From assembly GCF_000281045.1 (NCBI RefSeq), contig NW_008246068.1, positions 870,371 through 922,706 on the forward strand: a DNA stretch of 52,336 nt, given 5' to 3'. The notes below the pieces were generated by a model. The model saw nothing but the letters and a program-made list of their open reading frames with translations. It was not told the DNA's origin and ran no database searches. Each line of letters begins with the position of its first letter. Position 1 is the stretch's first letter. Positions 45,463 to 52,336 of this stretch are shown piece by piece. Source of the stretch: Saprolegnia diclina VS20. Its lineage: Eukaryota. The translations under genes were made by a program, and so were the position numbers.

Positions 45463-48400
45463 ATGAGCCGCCACCACGTGCGCACGTTGCTGTGGAAGAA
45501 CGCGCTGCTCAAGAAGCGCCACCCGATCCGCCTCGGCTTTGAGCTCGTGCTGCCGGTCGTCTTCATCGTGATCCTTGGCATCTTGAAGGGGCAGGCCGCC
45601 GACATCACCGTCCCGAGCGGCTGGTCGGACAACATGGAGTCGACGTTCTCGTCGTCGGCCTCTATCGCGCCAACGTACTCGGTCTACCAAGGCTACCCGG
45701 CCACGTCGCCGGCGCCAGCCAAGTTTGCTGCCACCGAGGCTACCATCTCGGGCCTACTACTGCGGCTGAGCACCATGTCGCTGGCCGAGGGCCGGCGCCT
45801 CGACGACCTCTCAGCCACGGACCGCCAGCGCTGCTCGTCGCTCTTTCTCTTCAATGGCGCCATCAATATTGATCCTACGTCGCCGTACGCTGTGCCCACG
45901 GCCTGCGCCGGCAAGGTCGTGCCGTACAAGCTCGCGATTGTGCCCGACACGGCGTACACGCGGGCGTACTTTGCCGCTGCCGTCAACGCATGGTACCCGC
46001 GCGTGCCGCTGACCAATGCCTCGAGCGGCCTCGTCATCCCGAGCTTCGTCGACGCCCTCGCCTTTTACCATGACGAAGCAGCGCTTGAAAACTACGTCTC
46101 GGGTACACACCACTCTGCAATCCCCACCTCATGTACACGACTGTGTAGGCGGCTCGTACGGCCAAGATCTGAGCCATCCCAAGATATACGCGGCCATTGT
46201 CTTTGACGTTGCGACGCCGCGCCTCGGGACGGCCGGTGCGCTTTCCTACACCTTGCGCTTCAACGCGACGTCGGGCGATGCGCCGTCGACGGCCGGCGCC
46301 GGCGTCGATCCCAACCAAAAAGCGTTGGCTGCCACACCGTACCAGCGGTACCCTACCCCTACCCTAGCCCTACTTGAATCGTATGTGTTTAGGTACGCGC
46401 GCAACGGGTTCCTCGCGCTGCAGACGCTTCTGACGCGCTTTGCAGCGTGCGTGCCATCGTGGAACGGGTCGGCCCCGGGCGCCTGCACCGTGGCAGGGAG
46501 TACGTCTGTTCAAAGCGACCTCCTCGACGACCGCTTCATGGTGCAAGTCCAGAACGACGATGCGCTGCTTGCCGCTGTCGCAGCCTTCAACAAAGCGTCG
46601 GGCGCGTCGCTCACGTTGCGCGAGCTCTCATTCGAGGCGCGGCGCCTGCTGCTCGTGCCATTGCGCCAGGCGCCGCAGCCGTACTTTGGCGGTCTCGTGC
46701 TGCCGCTTCCGATATCGGCGTACACGGCGTCGCCCTTCTTTGCGACGGCCGGCGACTTTTTCTCGTTTGTGTTTGTGGTCTCGTACGTCCAGCTCGTGAC
46801 GGGGCTCTTGGTCGCGCTCGTCAAGGAGAAGGAAACCAGAGCCCGCGAGATGATGAAGGTGCTCGGTGTCACCGACGGTGCGATCGTCGGGTCGTGGATG
46901 CTCACGTACGGGATCGTTGTCCTCGTCGTTGCCGCGCTGCAGACGATTGCATCGAGCCAACTGCTCTTCCCCCACACGTCGCCACTGCTCTTGTACCTCT
47001 TTTTCGCGCTCTTTGGCTTCGCCGTCGTCGCGTTTGGCTTCTTCATGAGCACGTTTTTTTCGAGGCCGCGCACCGGCGCCTTCCTCGGGCTCGTGGTGTT
47101 CCTCCTCCTCTTCCTGCTTGGCCAAGCCTTCTCCACATCGGCGTCCGAAGGCGCAAAGGCGCTCGGGTGCCTCGCACCGCCGGTCGCCATGTCGTTTGGC
47201 ATCTCGGCGCTGGCCCGCGCCGAGGTCAACGGCGGCGGCATCACATGGCACTCGGCGCATCTCCTCGACAGCCACAACATTCGCTTCGACACGGCGCTGT
47301 ACATGCTCGCACTTGACACGCTCCTCTTGACGCTTGTCGGGTTCTACTTTGAAAAGGTCATTCCCAAGGATTACGGCGTGCCCGAACACTGGACGTTCCC
47401 GCTGCAATGGCTCTACCGATCCCGCGGGGTCTCTTCCTCAGCGACATCGCGAATGTCGGCACGGCTCTTGGCACAACACGAGCCGCCACCACACCCGTAT
47501 GTCGAAGCTGTCACGGACGACCTCAAACAGCAAGAGCGGACCGGCGACGCGCTGCAGATCCAGTGCCTTCGCAAGGCATTTCTCGGTGACGACAAGATCG
47601 AAAAGGTGGCGGTCCACGGCCTCCAGCTCACCTTGTACAAGAACCAAATCACGTGTCTCCTCGGGCACAACGGCGCGGGCAAAACCACATTGCTCTCGAT
47701 GCTCACGGGCATGCTGCCGCCGACCAGCGGTGACGCGACGCTGCTGCGCGGTCTCTCGCTGCGAAGCGACATGCATGCCATCCGCCAATCGATTGGCATG
47801 TGCCCGCAGCACGATGTCCTCTACGACGAGCTCAGCGTCTACGAGCACCTAGCGTTTTACGGCCGGATCAAGGGCTGCGACGAAGCCGAGCTCGACCAGA
47901 AGCTCCGGGCCGTTGGCTTGACTGAGAAGCGCCACACACCGAGCAAGGCCCTTTCGGGGGGCATGAAGCGCAAGCTCTCGCTCGCGATTGCCTTCCTCGG
48001 CGACAGCCAGATTGTGTTTTTGGACGAGCCGACGTCCGGCATGGACCCGTACAGTCGTCGGCATATGTGGTACACTTGACTTGCTATCTCGATGCATTGA
48101 AAGATTGATACTCATGGTGCCTGTGCAGGGAAACCGTGCTCAGCCACCGGCAACACCGCATCATTGTGCTCACGACGCATTCGATGGACGAAGCCGACAT
48201 CCTCGGCGACCGCATCGCGATCCTTGCCGACGGGGAACTGCGCTGCGCTGGGTCGTCCTTGTACCTCAAGCAAACGTTTGGGGCCGGCTACAACCTCTCG
48301 CTCGTCACGACGACCAGCGACCACTTGGCCGACCTCTCGTCGCTCGTCGTGTCGTTTGTTTCTTCGGCAGCCCTCGGCGCGCACGTCGGCACGGACGTCA

Positions 48401-51400
48401 CGTATCAGCTACCGCTCGAGAGCGCACCGAGGTTCCCCGAGCTCTTTGCCGCGCTCGACGCCCAACGCACGCAGCTCGGCGTCGAGTCCTACGGCATCTC
48501 GGTCACGACGCTCGAGCAGGTGTTTTTGACCGTCGCCGAGGCGCCCAGCACCGACGGTGACGACGGTGACGTCACCCGCAGTCAGCCCAGTGACCTGTCG
48601 CCCACCGTCGACACGTCGTCCGTCTTTCGAATCCTCGAGGCCGCCCCAATGTCCAAGGCCGCTCGGTTTCTTGCGCACTTTCAAGCACTGTGGCGCAAGC
48701 GCTACTTGTGCGCCAAGCGCGACCGCAAGATTGTGACGTTTTCGACGCTGTGGCCGGCCGTCTACATTGCGATCGGGATGCTGCTCCTCACGACGAGCGC
48801 GACCCGGAAGAACGATCCGCCGATCGAGATGTCGACGCGCGCGTTGCCGCTCGGCGCCGAGACGCCACTGCCGTGGACGTGTCTCGACGGGTCGGACGCG
48901 TGGTGCGACGGCGTCACACGCAGTATCCGCGCGGCCGCCGCGTCCTCTTTGCCGCTCATCACGTACCCGACTTCAACGCCGACGGTCTTTGATGTCCCGT
49001 ACACGATCAACGCCAGCGATACGAGTGGGTACTGCCTCAGCATGGCGCAGACGTCGCTGCCTGCGGTGCTGCCCACCGCATTTGGCCGTGTGCTTCTCTT
49101 TACATCGGCGTCGAGCCAAGTGGTCGGGTACGCGCTCTTGAGCAACACGACTGCGACGCACGCGCCGAGCATCTACAAGGCCGCCGTTGATGATGCGCTT
49201 GTCCGGTGGGTCACACAGACACCGACGGCCACGGTGGTTGTCATGAGCCATCCGCTGCCGCTCACACAAGCCAGCAAACTGCTCTCGACGACGATCCTCT
49301 CGTTCACGGCCACGTCATTCATCGTGGTGGCGATGGCCTACTTTTCAGCGTCGATCGTGCCCTTCCTCGTCCAGGAGCGACATGTGAGCACGAACGTCAA
49401 GCACCAGCAGCTGCTCGCGGGCGTGAGCATTCCGGCGTTCTGGCTGGCCAACCTCGCGTGGGACTGCACCTTGTACTTGGTCCCCGCGGCGCTGGCGCTC
49501 GGAGCGATCCAGATATTTGATATCACGCCGTACACGGGCGTCGACTGCGCGACGTGCGCCACGAACGCGTTCGCAGTTGTCGTTGCTCTCTTTGTCCTCG
49601 CCGGCGTCGCCGTCGTCGGCTTTAGCTACTGCGCATCGTTCCTGTGCAAGGAGCCGGCCGAAGCACAAGGCTACATTATCAACTGCAACATCTACCTCGG
49701 CGTGTACCTCATGCTTGTCTCGACGATCCTCGGGCTCGTCCCGTCCACCGAGTCGCTCAACGACGTACGTTCATCTCTGATGTTATGATCCGGAGGGTTC
49801 GCTGGGTTGAGTGCGGTTGTAGACGCTGGTGTTTGTGTTCCGCCTCTCGCCCCTCTTCTGCCTCGGCAATGGTCTCTACAGCCTCAGCCTTCGCGCGATC
49901 ATCGGTCCGACGTCCGGCACCGTGTCGTCGTCGGCATTTTCGACCGAGAATGCTGGCTGGAGCATTGTCTACTTGGCCATCGAAGCCATTCTGTACCCAA
50001 GCCTCGCCATTGCTATCGACTACCTCCTCTGCTTTCCGTCGATCGCGGCCTCGTGGCGCCGCCGGACCACGCGCGTCAGTGACGAGCACGACCCAAGCAC
50101 AATCGACCACGACGTCGATGTTGAAGCCGCACGGGTGCGCGCTGGCAACCATGACGACGCTGTTGTCATGACGTCGCTGCGCAAGACGTACCCCGACGGC
50201 AAAGTGGCCGTCGCCGACCTCTCCTTGGGTTTGGGCCGTGGCGAGTGCTTTGGTTTCCTCGGGGTATGTGCTCTTGCTTGTCGATATTTGCCGAATGCAT
50301 ATGTGAATGCGCGTAGATCAACGGCGCGGGCAAGACGACAACGATGAAGATGCTCACGGGCGACATCCTGCCAACGTCGGGTGCGGCAACCCTCGGCGGC
50401 CACGACCTCCTGTCGCAGCCGCTCGCCGTGCGCCGGCTCATTGGCTACTGCCCGCAGTTTGACGCCCTCTTTGACTTGCTCAGCGTCCGCGAACACCTCG
50501 AGCTCTTTGCTGTGCTCAAGGGCGTGCCAGGTCCCTTGGTCAAGGCCGTGGTCACCGAGAAGCTCTCGCAGTTGCACCTCGAGCCGTTCGCTACGAAACT
50601 CGCCAAGACGCTCAGCGGCGGCAACAAGCGCAAGCTCTCAGTAGCGATCGCTCTCATTGGCGCGCCGCCGCTGCTCTTCTTGGACGAGCCATCGACGGGC
50701 GTCGACCCGGTCTCACGCCGGTACGATGCAGCACATGTACATAGGGCAACTAACTCATCTTTTGTCGCATTAGGTTTCTCTGGAACGTGCTCGCCGACCT
50801 CTCGACCAAGCGCAAGGCGGCCACGATCTTCTTGACGACCCACAGCATGGAAGAGTGCGAAGCGCTGTGCACGCGCGTGGGCATCATGGTCGGCGGCCGG
50901 CTTCGCTGCCTTGGCAGCATCCAGCACCTCAAGTCGCGCTTTGGCGACGGCTTGCTTCTCCATCTCAAGCTCAAGCCTGTGGCTACAATGGTGGACGACG
51001 CGACCGAAACGGCGATGGATCGGGAGGCAGTGGCGACGTACTGCACGGCCCATGGCCGGCCCGACCGCGTGCACTTGATCCGAGACGACCATCCGACAGG
51101 GTATACGCTGGCCGACAGTCTCGCTCGCGACGGCAGCGTCTTCTTGCACGACGTCAGTGCTTGGTGGCGTCGGGAGGACCGGTACGACGCTTGCATTAGC
51201 GCGCTGCAGGCGTCGCTGGGCGAGACCAACGTCTCGGTTGTCGAGCGCCACTTGGACGTTTGCCGCCTCAAGATCATTGGCGACAACATGTCGCTGGGCC
51301 GTATCTTTGGGCTCATTGAAGAGAAGAAGGCGGCGCTGCATATCCGAGAGTACACCGTGTCGCAGACGACGCTCGAGCAAATCTTCAACAGCTTTGCCAG

Positions 51401-51446
51401 CGCCCAAGTCGACGAGGTCCGCGTTGCCCGTGGCGTCGCCGCATAA
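45463..51446 (+). CDS. Full-size ABC transporter, subfamily A (about 1,880 aa, 7 exons)
   Basis: N-terminal [30 protein letters not shown]1: [32 protein letters not shown]2: [30 protein letters not shown]-terminal SQTTLEQIF. Six short introns near 46103, 46349, 48070, 49765, 50264 and 50721. Confidence 0.95.
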
Positions 51447-51693
51447 ATCAACGACATTTTACATTATGTCTTGGGCCATACTCATATAGGTAGAAAGTGC
51501 AGCACACGAGCCAGAACGTGAGCCGTTGGACCGCCCACGAGACGAATGAGCTGCTCGCAGCGGGTGGCTTTTCTTGATAGACAACGCTTCTCTACGTCGA
51601 GATGCTGCAAGCATTGCATGTGCATAGGCACTCTGTGGTTGCATAAGTGTTGTTGCAAACCTCTGCGATCATGAAGACTCGAAGACATTTGGC

Positions 51694-52160
51694 TCAAAAG
51701 CTTTTATTGGTGTTGTTATCGTAAGAGTACCAAGGTAAACCTTGATATAGAGAGTGAGCAAGCAACCCGTCGACGTAGATGTTTTCGGGCTCGATGTCGC
51801 GGTGCATGACGCCAGCAGCGTGGAGCGCACCGAGGTTGGCCGCGATCTGCCCCGTGAACTTCCGGATCGTCCGGCTCGGCAGCGGCTTGTTGACTTCGTT
51901 GTAGTCGAACAAGTCGCCGTGGTAACAGTACTCTGTTGCCAAGAGAAGGTACGAGACCGTGAAATGGCACCCGTGAATCCTTGTGATATTAGGATGGCGC
52001 ACGTGGTGCGGGACTTCAATCTCCCGCCGGGCGCTCACGTCGATGTGCGCAAGCCGCAAGGCTTTGAGAGCCACCACGTGGCCGGTGGCGATATGGCGGG
52101 CTTCTTGTGGTCGCCCTTGCGCCGCGTCGGCGACTTGCCCGAGGCCCAGCTTGGCGGTGG
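51694..52160 (-). pseudogene. Truncated Ser/Thr protein kinase relic (CAMK/Aurora-like)
   Basis: KLGLGQVA (G-loop-like), VVALKAL, RREIEV..HVRHPNI, TEYCYHGDLFDY, MHRDIEPENI (catalytic-loop K to E), then no DFG/APE and a stop. Confidence 0.75.
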
Positions 52161-52336
52161 TTCGCGCAGGCGGGCGACAAGCTCCGCCACCTACAGTGCA
52201 CTACATTGTAGTACCATGCCCACCAGTGGTCGCATGGAGACTTACGTGGTTGTCGTGGCGAGCAGCAGGTGACGCTGGCGCGTGTTGAGGAGCGACTCCT
52301 TTCGCAGAAAGGCGCACTGCGTCGAGGGCTTGGCGT
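52035..52336 (-). CDS. 3' part of a gene entering from the right edge (frame ambiguous)
   Basis: Clean intron 52245-52191 (GTAAGT...CTGTAG). A phase-0 join gives RQALDAVRL...HDNH|VAELVARLREPPPSW...* with TGA at 52035-52037. Confidence 0.4.

Noticed and set aside
1..52336. CRISPR arrays, rRNA/tRNA genes, transposase or reverse-transcriptase ORFs, RxLR/CRN effectors
   Set aside because: None recognised by eye: no spaced direct repeats, cloverleaf structures, DDE/RT motifs or signal peptide plus RxLR/LFLAK. A tRNAscan/Rfam run would be needed to exclude small RNAs.

Overview
Gene-dense (about 60% GC) eukaryotic genomic DNA with very short GT-AG introns (about 40-60 nt, nearly all ending in TAG), INR/FPR and TGATTGG(C/T) promoter motifs, and oomycete-typical gene families. 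It is most likely a saprolegnialean oomycete (Saprolegnia-like); this is an inference. In order, the window holds: the 5' 12.5 kb of a giant secreted minus-strand gene (at least 4,090 aa; three jelly-roll-like repeats, bacterial-type cadherin-like repeats and about 30 IPT/TIG repeats; its 8.9 kb exon is missing from the ORF track); SPEF1, head-to-head with it; a 1,115-aa fusion of a fold-type-I-like PLP domain with an apparently dead group IV decarboxylase; a GT8 glycosyltransferase; a 5-domain Kazal inhibitor; a DOT1-like methyltransferase; MsrB; a DHHC palmitoyltransferase; a secreted 5'-nucleotidase; a START-like/FYVE protein; two near-identical Kazal genes in a 1.35 kb inverted repeat around an assembly gap; an ARM-like protein; a DUF6604-like gene broken by one in-frame TGA; a VC0807-like membrane protein; a small methyltransferase; an ankyrin protein; a full ABCA transporter; and a kinase relic at the right edge. 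All family calls come from motif recognition by eye; no database searches were run.
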